Below, piece by piece: positions 13,345 to 25,599 of a DNA stretch of 64,000 nucleotides. The DNA comes from Prorocentrum cordatum. Lineage: Eukaryota. The stretch spans positions 2,170,001-2,234,000 of the forward strand of contig CAUYUJ010000002.1 of assembly GCA_963575745.1 (NCBI GenBank), in the 5' to 3' direction. Under the pieces are notes generated by a model. That model had not been told where the DNA came from and searched no databases. It saw only the letters and a program-made list of their open reading frames with translations. A program made the position numbers and the translations under genes. The stretch's first letter is position 1. Each line of letters begins with the position of its first letter.

Positions 13345-13750
13345 AAAGGGAGGAAGTCTCGAGCAGGGGCGCTGTTGTTGCTGGGAGCCGCGCCAATGCA
13401 GAAGAAAGTGGGGCGCTAGCCCAGCGTAAAACAAAACGAAGTCTCGAGCGGCAGCGCTGGTTCTGTTGGGACGTCGGTTGTCGGCGGCGACGAGGAACAC
13501 AGCCTTGAGTAAGGAGGGCAGAAGTCTCGAGACTGTTTTGACGGGACGGGGCCTCTCGGCGGCGAGCAAAAACACCGCCCTCAGGAAAAAAGGGAGGAAA
13601 CCTCGAGCGGGAGCGTTGTTCTTGCTGGAGTCGGCGCTAATTCAAAGGAAAGTAGGGCGCCAGTCCAGCGTAAAACGGGAGGAGGTCTCGGGCGGGAGTG
13701 CTGGGTTTGTTGGGGCGGCGGTTTTTGGCGGCGAGCAACAATACCGGCTC
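13345..13750. repeat. Degenerate ~85-bp tandem repeat (GTCTCGAGCGGGAGCGTTGTT core), left part
   Basis: Core recurs at ~13356, 13441, 13525, 13601 and 13685; the array resumes after the inserted 77-bp-array element. Confidence 0.75.
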
Positions 13751-13755
13751 TGAGT

Positions 13756-15537
13756 AAATTATTGTGGCGAAGGACCCAAACATGAGCAATTGTTCGTAAC
13801 GCGTCGTGGGTGCCGCTTTCGGTGGGGCTCCCTATGGGGCCACGAAACGCTGCCTTGGGTGGGGGAGCCGCATGCGAACTGCGCCACTGGGGCGGGCCTT
13901 CGGTGGAGCTCCCCATGGGGCCACGAAGCGCTGCCCTGGGTGGGGGAACCGCATGCGAGAGCGAACCGTCTCGGGGGCCTTCGGTGGAGTTCTCAATGGG
14001 GCCACGAAGCGCTGCCGTGGGTGGTGGAACCGCGTGCGAACTGCGCCACTGGGGCCTTCGATGGAGCTCCGTATGGGGTCACGAAGCGCTGCCCTGGGTG
14101 GGGGAACCGCATGCGAGAGCAGCCATTGGGGCCTTCGGTGGAGCTCCCCATGGGGCCACGAAGCGCTGCCCTGGGTGGGGGAACCGCATGCGAAAACAGC
14201 CGCTGGGGCCTTCGGTGGAGCTCCCTATGGAGCCACGAAGCGCTGCCCTGGGTGGGGGAACCGCATGCGAGAGCAGCCACTGGGGACTTCGGTGGAGCTC
14301 ACCCTGGGGCCACGAAGCGCTGCCCAGGGTGGGGGAACCGCATGCGAACTGCGCCACTGTTGCCTTCGGTAGAATTCCTTATGGGGCCACGAAACGCTGC
14401 CCTGGGTGGGGGAACCGCATGCGAAAGCAGCCACTGGGGCCTTCGGTGGAGCTCCCTATGGTGCCACGAAGCGCTGCCCTGGGTCGGGGAACCGCATGCA
14501 AGAGCAGCCACTGGGGCCTTCGGTGGAGCTCCCAATGGGGCCACGAAGCGCTGCCCTGTGTGGGGGAACCGCATGCGAGAGCAGCCACTGGGGCCTTCGG
14601 TGGAGCCCCCTGTGGGGCCACGAAACGCGAAACGCTGCCCTGGGTAGGGGAAACCGCATGCGAGAGCAGCCACTGGGGCCTTCGGTGGAGCCCCCTATGG
14701 GGCCACGAAACGCTGCCCTGGGCTTCGGTGGAGCTCCCCATGTGGCCACGAAGCGGTGCCCTGGGTGGGGGAACCGCGTGCGAGAGCAGCCACTGGGGCC
14801 TTCGGTGGAGCTCCCTATGGGGCCACGAAGCGCTGCCCTGGGTGGGGGAACCGCATGCGAGAGCAGCCACTGGGGCCTTCGGTGGAGCTCCCCATGGGGC
14901 CACGAAGCGCTGCCCTGGGTGGGGGAACCGCATGCGAGAGCAGCCACTGGGGCCTTCGGTGGAGCCCCCTATGGAGCCACGAAGAGTTGCCCTGGGTGGG
15001 GAACCGCATGCGAGAGCAGCCACTGGGGCCTTCGGTGGAGCTCCCCATGGGGCCACGAAGAGTTGCCCTGGGTGGGGAAACCGCATGCGAGAGCAGCCAC
15101 TGGGGCCGTCGGTGGAGCTTCCCATGGGGCCACGAAGAGTTGCCCTGGGTGGGGGAACCGCATGCGAACTGCGCCACTGGTGCCTTCGGTGGAACTCCTT
15201 ATGTGGCCACGAAGCGCTGCCCTGGGTGGGGGAACCGCATGCGAGAGCAGCCACTGGGGCCTTCGGTGGAGCTCCCCATGGGGCCACGAAGCGCTGCCCT
15301 GGGTGGGGGAACCGCATGCGAGAGCAACCGCTGGGGCCTTTGGTGGAGCTCCCTATGGGGCTACGGAACGTGTGAGAGGTGTCCCTATGTGGCTACGAAG
15401 CGTGTGAGAGGTGTGCCGAGAACACAGGCAAGGAGGGGGGAGGGAGGAGGGGGAGGAGGAGGAAGGAAGGAGGTGGGACGCGGGGCGCTGTCTCTTCAAA
15501 ACGAGGACCCAACACCACAGGATGGTTGGGGAAAAAA
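13756..15537 (-). mobile_element. Helentron/DINE-1-like non-autonomous element with ~20 x 77-bp tandem repeats, copy A
   Basis: On the + strand: AAATT..GGCGAAGGACCCAA head, 77-bp array, GGA-rich microsatellite, TCTCTTCAAAACGAGGACCCAACACCACAGGATGGTTGGG-AAAA end; it interrupts the 85-bp repeat at an A-rich site. Confidence 0.75.
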
Positions 15538-15584
15538 CATGGTGTCTCGAGCGGGAGCTTTGTTTTTGTTGTTGGTACACACGG

Positions 15585-15880
15585 CGGATTCAAACTGTAC
15601 CTCGCCTCGTTGGGGGGCTGCGATCTGTGAAACTGTCGCCACTTTCGAGGCCTGCTGGGGGGCCCAGCACAGTGGGTACCCACGGCGGACTCAAATGGGA
15701 CCTCGCCATCCCTGGGGGGCTGCGATCTGTGAAACTGTCGCCATTTTCGCGGCCTGCTGGGGGGCCCAGCACAGTGACGCCACACGCAGATTCAAATTCG
15801 ACCTCGCCATCCCTGGTGACCTGCGATTTGTGAAACTGTCGCCACTTTCGAAGCCTGCCTACAGGGCCCAGCACAGTGAC
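15585..15880. repeat. ~102-bp tandem repeat, 3 copies
   Basis: CTGCGAT(C/T)TGTGAAACTGTCGCCA recurs at ~15618, 15720 and 15822. Confidence 0.85.
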
Positions 15881-15984
15881 GCCTCCCAAGTAGCTTACAC
15901 ATGAAGTTGATTGTCCATACAAGTTTCGGCCAACTCCTCGTCTCCATTGATACAAATGGGTTGGGTACGTCACAGGGTAGTTGT

Positions 15985-16390
15985 TTACAGTCTCGAGCGG
16001 GAGCGTTGCTTTTGCTGGGGGCGGGGCGCCCATTCAAAAGAGAGTGGGGCGCCAGTCCAGCGTAAAACGGGAGGAGGTCTCGGGCAGGATCGCCGGTTTT
16101 GTTGGAGCGGCGGTTTTCGGCGGCGAGCAAGAGCACCGCCTCGAGGAAAAAAAGGGAGGAGGTCTCGAGTGGGAGCGTTGTTGTTACTGGGGGGCGGCGC
16201 CGATGAGAGAAAAGTTGCGCTCCTGTCCAAAGTAAAACGGGAGGAAGTCTCGAACTGGAGCGTTGGTTTTGTTGAGACGGCTGCTTTCGGCGGCGCGCAA
16301 GAGCACCGGCCCTGAGTAAAAGAGGTGGAAGTCTCGAAAGGAGCGTTGTTGTTGTTTGGGGGTTGGTTTTGGCGGCCCCCCAAACCGCTT
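15985..16390. repeat. Degenerate ~85-bp tandem repeat, right part
   Basis: Same core at ~15990, 16077, 16162, 16247 and 16331. Confidence 0.75.
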
Positions 16391-16519
16391 GAGAGTGAGC
16401 TTCAGTTTCAATGAAAATGTAGCCGACGCCTCGGCGAGAGCGCCAGGGCGCCTGTAAGGGGTCCCACACGAATCGTCGTTTAGCAATTAACATGCAACAC
16501 CAGCAACAATCATTGTAAG

Positions 16520-18285
16520 ACTGTTCGCTCTTATCTGCTCGCGTGTCGCCCAAAATGCATATCCCAAACCTTGGTTACCCGCCCTCTTCGTCTTCGATCG
16601 TAACCCCTCTTGGGGGGTATACTCATTCCCTGCCACGTGTGGTTGGTGAAGCCCTTGAAAACGAAGGGTAACAGATAACGGGGGGGAATGAGGACGAAGG
16701 GATCGGAGGAAGGGAGGGGAGGGGCGAGAAGGAGGGAGGACGATGATTTGCGCTGCGAGTGGCGATTCAGCTTGCGCCATGGCTTGGGCCAGCACTCCAA
16801 CACAGGTTAACAATAAGTTTCGCCATCGGTCGCGCCATAAACAGCGCCACGGACCACCCCATTGAAAGAACATATCGTGGATACCCCCACGGGGGGACGT
16901 ACAGCTGCGAACTGGTGTCATAAACAAATTTCGTGGAACCCTGAAAAGAAGCGGGATGTTGGAAGAGTGGGGCGGAAGGGCAGTGAGAATTTATCCGTGT
17001 CGAGAGGAGCGCGGGGATGTAAAGTGGATTGGGATGGAGTGGGCAAGAGTAGGGTCTCAGGAGGAGGAGCGGTCAGGAGTGGAGACGAGGAACCGGGAGG
17101 AGCGCGGAGGAGCGGGGGGCGCACGGAGGAATCTGGAGGAGGGATTGGGAATTATTTCGGAGAAATTCGAAATGCGAGCGGGAAGGGGTGGAGATTGTTG
17201 GGGTGGGATGGGGTGGCCTGGGGAGGGGTGGGCGGAACGCGAAGAACTGAGGAGCAGCACAATGGAGTACGAACGAAATGAAAATGAAAATAGAGGGAAA
17301 GAGTAGAGAAGACCGGGAAAGAACGTTGAAAAGTGGGGACAGGTGGATGCGAGCGGAGATTGATGCGGAAACAAGGCGCGGGGGGATTGGAAGGCACCCG
17401 AAAGCCTCCTATGACCTTTGGGGGGCCTCGGAATGGCCCCGATGACCACCGAGCAGTTCCAGAGGCTCCGAAAATTTGCGGGAACGCCCCGGGGGCCTCG
17501 TCGAGGGAGGCCTTCATTCGAAGCCTGCAGAAGAACCTGGGCCAATGGAACACGCGCGTCTACAAGGCCGGTACGCCGGGCCCCTGCAAGCGGCGGACCG
17601 TCGGCCTGGCCAGTGGCAACGCTGGCGATGCACACGCCGACCCGCGGCAACCCGACCCCGCGACGAGAGGAGGGAGGAGGAGGAAGAGGAGGAGGGAGGA
17701 GGAGGAGGAGGAGGAGGAGGAGGAGGAGGAGGAGGAGAAGCACGATTCCTGAGTGCCGACGAGCGGCATCTGAACACATTGTGAGGAAGTATCAGGCGGG
17801 AGCCGCGATTCGGTGGTAAGTTGCGAGGAAGTCCCAAGCGAGAGCGCAATTCTTCAATAACTTGTGAGGAAGTATCAAGCGGGAGCCGCGATCCCGTGGT
17901 AAATTGCCAGGAAGTCCAAAGCGAGAGCGCGATTCTTCAATACATTGTGAGGAAGTATCAGGCGGGAGCCGCTGTCGTTGTAAACCGGGGGCCAACGACG
18001 CAGTTTGACCTTCAAGATTTTCCCTGATAGAAAACAGGGTGCGAGCCCCGGGAAGGGCACCTCAGTCGAAAAAACCATGTGCACCGGACGGGGGGGAGCA
18101 ACAATTGTTATTCTTCAGAAGTGAAAGTTCAACAGCAACAACAACAACAACAACAACAGCAACAACCACAGCAACAACGCTAAACATAACAACGATGACG
18201 ACGAGAACCGCAGCAACAACAACAACAGCAGTCGCAACAACATCAACAAGAACAACAGCAACAGGAGCAACAACAACAAGCATTG
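16520..18285 (+). mobile_element. Non-autonomous interspersed repeat with internal ~84-bp repeats and (CAA)n tail, copy 2
   Basis: Homologous ends to 11410-12120; three GAGGAAGTATCA(G/A)GCGGGAGCCG units at 17770-17990. Confidence 0.7.
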
Positions 18286-20869
18286 ACTTGTGGACATGCG
18301 GGGGTAACCAGAGAACACAGAGCGGATCGGCCCACGGCAGGGATTTAAAATCGAGGGAATCAAATATCGAGGGAGGGAGAATCACCCCGACCACCATATC
18401 TTGAGTAGGCCCGAAGGTCAGAGAGCGCCTTTCTCAGCAGGTCCCAACAAGGACGTCAAGGTGGCTCAACGCCTTGCCGATTAAGCCGACGAAGATGTGC
18501 AACGCCCATCTCTCGCGTTTGCCCAGCGGCACCGTGCATCCACGAAACGGCCCTGCCACTGCTCGCTTCCGCCCCTGGCACGTTTGCTGCGGGCCACGGT
18601 TCTGTGGGCTGGGCACCGTACTGGTGTGTGCCCCAGCCTGTAGAGAAAATGCATCAGTACAAACGTTTCGAGGTCGGCGCGGAGTTCTGGGGTCGGCAGT
18701 GGACCTCCCACAGCACAGACGTTTCACCGCGAGCTGTTTTGTCGACGCTCCCTGCTGGGCCCGGGGTCGGCCTCCAGAAGCCGAAGGCGCCGAAAGGCCT
18801 CAGGCTCGGCTTGTTCGAGCCTCTGCATGTCTGGGCCGCCTCCTGGCCGCTCCGGCCCGCTCTTCGCGGAACTCTTCAGCGTCCGAGCGCTCCCCCCTCC
18901 TTTTCCCCCCGCGCGGCCGCCCTCGTCTTGTTCCTTCCCGCTTGCACGCTGGACACTTATCGCCCTTCGGTTGCCCCGAACAGCCACACGGTGGAGCGGG
19001 TTGCCTCTGCCTCGCCGCCGACGGGAAAAATGTCTGGGCCCCCCTCGCCACGTTTTTCCTCCCCTCCCTCCTCCTCCTTTTCCTCCTCCTCCTCCTCCTC
19101 CTCCTCCTCCTCCTCCTCCTCCTCCATCGCTTCCTCCTCCTCCTCCTCCTCCTCCTCCTCCTCCTCCTCCTCCTCCTCCTCCATCGCTTCCTCCTCCTCC
19201 TCCTCCTGCTCCTCCTCCTCCTCCTGTCCCCGCTTCCCCCGCCTCGCGGGGAGGTCCTGCTGAGGCTCTCCGCCGCGGGCAGCGACGAGCCGCTGGCGGT
19301 CCTCGGCGCCAGGACTGGCGGGGGCGCCCCGCGCACCTCTCTGGGCGCTGGCGGGCCGAGGCGCCAGGGTCGGCGCCCGGCACGCCGCGGACTCGGAGAT
19401 GTCCTGCCTGGGATGTGCTTTTGGGTCTTGTCTAGAATCGTTTTCCCCTCCCCCCCTCTTCCCCGTGCTCAAGGAAGACCTGGGCAGCGGTGGTCAGACG
19501 ATATTCAAAGTTTCTTCGAACCAAGACCTTTCCACGGAGCATGGTACCTTTCGAAAGAGACCGGGAAGCATTTGAATCTGATCTCGTGCAGAGGAACGAC
19601 ATGTGAGGGTTGCGGCCCTCGCGCCTTGCCCCGTGCGGGTCGGCCTCTTTGGCCGGACACGGCGCGCCTGCTTGCTTGCTTGCCTGCCTTCCCCCCGTGC
19701 GACCGCCCTCGTCTTCCCCCCCCCATTCGTGCACGCGGGACACCTAGCCTTTCGGTTGCCCCGAATGTCCACACGCTGGAGCGGACTGCCTCGGTCTCGC
19801 CGCCGACGGAAAAAGTGTCTGCGTTCTTCGGGCCCCGGGGCCGTCACAGAACGACTCGGGGATGAAACACTGGCCCTCGGGAGCGGGTCGAAAGGGCTGG
19901 GGGCCCGAGGCCGGTGAATCTCCCAGGGGGGACGCGGCCCGGGGCCCCAGGGCAGCTGCCCTTCCCCCCCAGGACCGGACCAGGGCCTCCAGGGGCCCCC
20001 TGGCCCTCGCCAAGACAGCGTCCCCAGACATGCGACGTCCTGATTTTTTCAGGACGGGGTTCCTGGAAGTCCCGACCCGTTCCCTGGGACTGGCTTTTCA
20101 TCCTGAGTAAGGGCCCCCCGAGGCCGAAAATTGCCAAAAACCTCCCGTCCTGATTTTTTGACGACGCGATCATGTATGGGCTCTAGACCGCCCTCCACGC
20201 CGCCAGACGGTTCAGGTGGCTGCAAGATAGTGACACAGGCCCCCGAAGAGGCGCCCCAGACGCTGCTGAGACGGCTCTCGCGAGGCCCTCGCGAGGCCCC
20301 CAGGCGGCTTCCAAGAGATCCTCAGGAGGCCAAAAACCGTGAGAAACCATTGGAAAACGCAGTTTTTGGAAGGCTCTCGAAGGCGCCCACCTGGCCTCGG
20401 AGAGCCCCGTGAGAAGCCCCAGGGAGCCCCACGACGGCCCCAACAGCGCCCAACAGCCTCTGACGACGGCCCCCAGAGAGGCCCCGGACGGCCCAGACAG
20501 TCCCCAGAATGGCTCCCGCGGGCGTGCCTTGGGCCTCGAGCGCCCTGGGAGAGCCCAAGACGCCTCCAAGAACGCCCAGAGGCCCGATTATGGCGCCTGA
20601 GCGGGCCTGACAGATGCCCTCAAGAGGCGCCCGAGCAGCTCCGCAGCGCTCCCCGCAGCCAAAAAATGTTGAAAAACCAACGGGGAACTTGTTGTTTGGA
20701 AGATCTCCCTTGTTCGTTTCCAAAGAGCATCTCTCACCTTTAGAAGGCGCCCCCACGGGCTCCCAGAGCCCGACGAGCAGCCCAAAGAGTCCCAAGACAG
20801 CCCCAACGACGCCAACGAGCTTCCGAGGATGGCTCCGAGAGGGCCCCTGGACGGCTCAGAGAGTCCCCC

Positions 20870-21763
20870 AGTGGTGGTGTTCGCATGCGGTTCCCACACC
20901 CAGTACAACGCTTCGTGGCCCCATGGGGAGCTCCACCGAAGGCCTCAGTGGCGGTGCTCACATATGATTCCCGCACCCAGTACAGCGCTTCGCGGCCCCA
21001 TGAGAAGCTCCACCGAAGGCCTCAGTGGCGATGTTCGGCATCTCTCACATCGCGCCCCCACGGGCTCCAAGAGCCTGACGAGCAGCCCAAAGAGTCCCAA
21101 GACAGCGCCAACGGCGTAAAAGAGCCTCCGAAGATGGCTCCGAGAGAGCCCCTGGACGGCTCAGAGAGTCCCCCAGTGGTGGTGTTCGCATGCAGTTCCC
21201 CCACCCAGTACAACGCTTCGTGGCCCCATGGGGAGCTCCACCGAAGGCCTCAGTGGCGGTGCTCGCATGCGATTCCCGCACCCAGTACAGCGCTTCGTGG
21301 CCCCATGGAAATCAGTCGCGGTGTTCGCATGCGCTTCCCCCAACCAGTACAGTGCTTCGTGGCCCCAGAGGGAGCCCCACAGAAGGCCTCAGTGGCGGTC
21401 TCGCATCCGTCACCCCCACCCAGTACAGCGCTTCGTGGCCCATAGGAAGCTCAACTGAAGGCCCCAGTGATGGTATTCGCATGGGTCTCCCCCACTCAGT
21501 ACAGCGCTTCGTGGGCCCAATAGGGAGCTCCACCGAAGGCCCCAGTAACGGCCACGCCCCTTCGCGGCGCACCCCTCATACGCTTCGCGGCCCCATTGTG
21601 GTCTCCACCTATCGTCCCAGTGTGAGCGCCCACATGGCGGCCCCGCCCCATATCGGCACACCCTTCGCATTCTCCATGGCCCCATTAGGAGATCCCCCGA
21701 AGGCGACAACTGTAACGACAGCACTCATAACTGCATATGGTGGGGTCCTTCGCCCGGATAATT
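20870..21763 (+). mobile_element. Diverged inverted copy of the 77-bp-array element, partial
   Basis: Reverse-complement units (GCTTCGTGGCCCCATGGGGAGCTCCACCGAAGGCC) and terminus GCATATGGTGGGGTCCTTCGCCCGGATAATTT. Confidence 0.7.
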
Positions 21764-22419
21764 TGTCCGGAGGTCAATCCTTGGAAAGCTTCTTGAGGGC
21801 CTCGCGAAACCTTGTTTGGAGTTTCTTGGGGGTGTCTGGAGGCCTCCTGGGCGCCCTTGGGGGCCATCTGGGGGTTTTCTCGGGCCACCTTGCTGCCAAC
21901 CACGGACTCCCCCAACGACCAGCTCAGGTTTTGGAATGCTTCGGGGGGCGTCTTGGTGCCAACTTGGGTCGTCATGGTGCTCTCTTCGGGCCAATTTGGG
22001 GCGGTATTGGGACGTCTTGGGGCTCTATTGGTTTGTCTGCCATTTTAGGGGGGACCGTTTGCTGACGATGTTCGAGGCCCCTTGGGCGGTTTCGGACGCC
22101 CGAAACGCCGAAGAACCGAGTGTCGAAACATCAACATCGAAAATCTATAGTCTTTGCGTTTGGAAGGCCTCTTCCGGGTGCTGTTTGGGTCGTTTTCGGG
22201 CATCTGGTCGGTGTCTGGGGCCACTTGGGGCTCTCGCGGGACCGTTTGGCCACACTCCTGGCCACTTTGGGCCCGCTGGCTAGGCCCAGCAGTGACGTCC
22301 AGAAGGCCCGGGGGGGCCTCTGCAAGGGCGTCCAGAGGGTCCCGGGGCCAGGAATCCAGAGGGTTCGTTTTGGAGCGGGGGGCGCGGTTTCCGCCCCCCC
22401 CCAGATTGTAAACACATAG

Positions 22420-22680
22420 GGCAGTGTGTGTGTATACGTGGATGTGTGTATATGTGTAGACATACCGTTTGCATGTATACACGCATAGAGATATGTATAC
22501 ATACATATATCTATAAGTGGACATATTCATGTGTATACATATACATGTATATACACTACAGCGTGCACCTGCAACTAGTTGCTTGTGGGAGTGTGCATGT
22601 GCATGACTATGTATGTGCACACCAATGTACATGTTGTACATGTGTATGCGCGTGTATGCGCGCGTATGTATATGTGTGCT
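22420..22680. repeat. (TA)/(TG) mixed microsatellite preceded by a GC hairpin
   Basis: Direct reading; GGGGGGCG-CGGTTTC-CGCCCCCC immediately upstream. Confidence 0.85.
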
Positions 22681-25599
22681 TGTAAGTCGGCAATGGGGGG
22701 GCGGTGAGCATGACTCTGTGATTCTTCGACACGCAGTGGAGGTCGTTAGCCCAAGTTCGTGATAGGCTAACTGTGTTGGACGAGTGGCGCAGGCTTGACC
22801 CAAGCCGTACGGACAACTACATTCACAATATGTTGATCCACATGGTGTTGCATTCAATCATGTAGTTTGCGTCTGGGTTATAGGTCGCCGTGTTAGTACT
22901 GTGGTTCGCATGCATGGCTGGATGCTGCGAATCGGAGGGCGCTTGCTCACGCATAAACCAGAAAGCCTTGGATTGCTATGGGCCGAACATCATCTTTGGA
23001 GGTACCATTGATCACACACAGTAGCCATTTTGTTTCAAACTGTCCAGACACACCGTAGTGCCCGAGCCAGCAGCACGGCACACACATGTGTCCCCCAGCA
23101 GGGCTCAAGCATGGGGACAAGAGGCGCGAAGGCTTTGCGGACGTCTGGTGCGACAGTCCGACGCTGGTCCTCAGTTCGTCGGTGCCCAGATGTTCGTGCC
23201 GCCGTTCGTCGGAAGGGATCATCGGTGCCCTCGCACTCGACGCTCCTGCGCAGCGGGCCCAGGGCAGTCAGGTCCAGCAGCGGAGCCTGGAGCAGCTGAG
23301 GCAGGACCTGCAGGAGCTGAGGGGCTGCGTGCACGCTGCCATGGCCAAGCATGCATGCTGAGTATGGTCTTCCGCACAGGTTCTGTCCAGGAACAGACCA
23401 GATCGGGAACGAGCTTGGTTTTGGAGTGTGTTAGATATCCTCCAGCTGCATGCGGCAAACCCCGCCACCGTGCCAGTGCTGCATCGGAGCAACTTCAGAA
23501 TGGTTCTACCGAGCTGTCCCGAAACGGGGTTGGTAGAATTCCTAGATGGTAATTTTGGAGCCGCGCGGAACGCAACGCTACGATGTTGCAGCGGGGCGTG
23601 GCCGCAGCGGTGCATGTTCAGGGGCATCTTTACAGCCGTTTGGAAAACCCGTTAGGGCCCTTTCAGTGGCCTGGTGGGGAGCATGGTGTGGTCGCTTTGG
23701 GGGGCGCCCTGGAGTCGTTTTAGGCGTGACGTTCTACCGAGCGTTCCCGAAGCGGCTCGGTAAAGCTTTGGGGGGCAGTCTTGTAGCCCCCTTCGGACTG
23801 TCTTTGGCCGTTTTAGGATTGTCAGGCCGTGTTGGTGCATGTTGTCATTTTGTTTGCAGTCTTCTGGGGCCGCCTTGGGATCCATTAGAGTTTTTTTTTG
23901 GGGGGGGGCTACCTTGAGCCGAAAAGCAGCACGTGCCAAACAAGAACATGGTGGCCATGTGGTTTGACATGGTTGGGCTCCCCAGAGCATGAGGTGCCCC
24001 GTGCCTGTTTCGTGGAGGGTCTTGTGGTGTTTGGGGAATGTTTGGGGACGTCGTTTGTCCATCTTGAGCCTGTTTTCTTGAGACGTGTTGCAGCCCTCTC
24101 GGGGCGGTCTGGGGCCATCGTCGGCCGACAATTGTGTCGGGAGGCAAAACTAGAGGAGCAATGTTCGATGCTCGTTTGGGCGAGGATCGGGAAGCCCGAA
24201 ATGCATACGAAGACCATGACTACGAAGACCGACAGCGGTTCCTGTCTATTTTGGACAGGGTTCGTTGTCGACGTCGCCGTGGACGTTGTCAATTTGAGAC
24301 AGATGGCCGCCCGCCGGACAGCGGTCGCTGTAGGTTCTGGACAACAGTTGCTGCTGGGCATCATGCCCAGTTGTTCCGTATCTATTTCGTGCGTCCGAAA
24401 AGAAGGGGTTCCTCTTTAGAAAGGTATCTTGGCAAAGGACCCAACCAGATGCAGTTGTGAGTACTGTCGTTATGGGTATCGCCTTCGGTGGATCCCATTT
24501 AGGGGCCACGGAGCATGCGAAGGGCGTCCCGAAATGGCACGGACCCGCCATGTGGGCGGTGTCATTGGGGGTTTAGGTGGAGCCCCTTTATGGGGCAACG
24601 AACCGTGTGAGCGGTGTGCCGAAACGGAGGTGGTGCACACATGCGGGCTGCGCCACTGGTTTTTTTTTTTTGACTGTGACCAGGCTCGCGCAGCACGAGC
24701 TCCGGTTCTAGCAGCCGCACAGAGGCGGCCGCGGCTGGCGGCAGGCGTAAGCCTAGGGGAGCCGAGCGGCAAAGGGACGAGCAAGCCAAAAGGGCCGACT
24801 CGCCGCCGCCAGCTAAGCCCCCAATCATTACCGAGCCTGCGCTTTCGGCTGCACCTCCTTAGCAACAGCCCGATATTGATCCTTTCGACCTTCCCGGGGC
24901 GATGTTGCAAACCACGAGCCCTCTCTGGTAGCTTGCATTATGCGGACAAGGTTCTGTGCTTGCCTCCGATAACTCTCGCATGGCAAAGACAGTGTGTGCA
25001 AATGCGATCTCCAGAGATGGTTGTGAGAACATGCTCGCCGCTCGCCGCTCCTGGAACCCCTGTGCCACCACCAGCAGACGACGACGCAGCGAGGGGGCCA
25101 GAGGGGCACTCGAGGGCCACCGACCGAGACCGATCGGGCGAGCTCGAGCGGAGAGACGAAACAACACAACCTTGCGAGGCAACCAGGCTGCTGGCCGCCT
25201 CGCGAACACTGGACAAATCGGCGGGCGCACTCTCGCCGCCGTGGGCTCCCCCCAAGGCTTCTGCAGCGGGGCTTGGAGGATGCCTGAGGAGCTCCGAGGG
25301 GGGAAGCGAGGCAGGCCCATTCTCAAAACTCGCGCCACCAGCAGAACCCATGCCACACGGGGCTTCTGCAGCGGGGCCCACGGGGGCGCGCGTGCAAGGT
25401 CCGAGTGGGGCTTCTGCTGCAGGGCCCACAGGAGCCTCACCAGCACTGGCAGCATTTTTTTTCAGCCGATGCCAAGCGCACAAACCCGCTCGAGCTCGCT
25501 CCAGGAGCTGCCGACAACAGGTAGTCGATCTTCTGATGGGCTGTCTTGAGAACTTTGGTTTTCGGCAACTCGGTGCTGCCCTCGCCCGTAGCCTCAGCA

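Noticed and set aside
13790..15904. Long repetitive ORFs in all three + frames (also 50491-52591 and 62093-63004)
   Set aside because: Artefact of a stop-free 77-bp unit not divisible by 3; the same peptide cycles through all frames.
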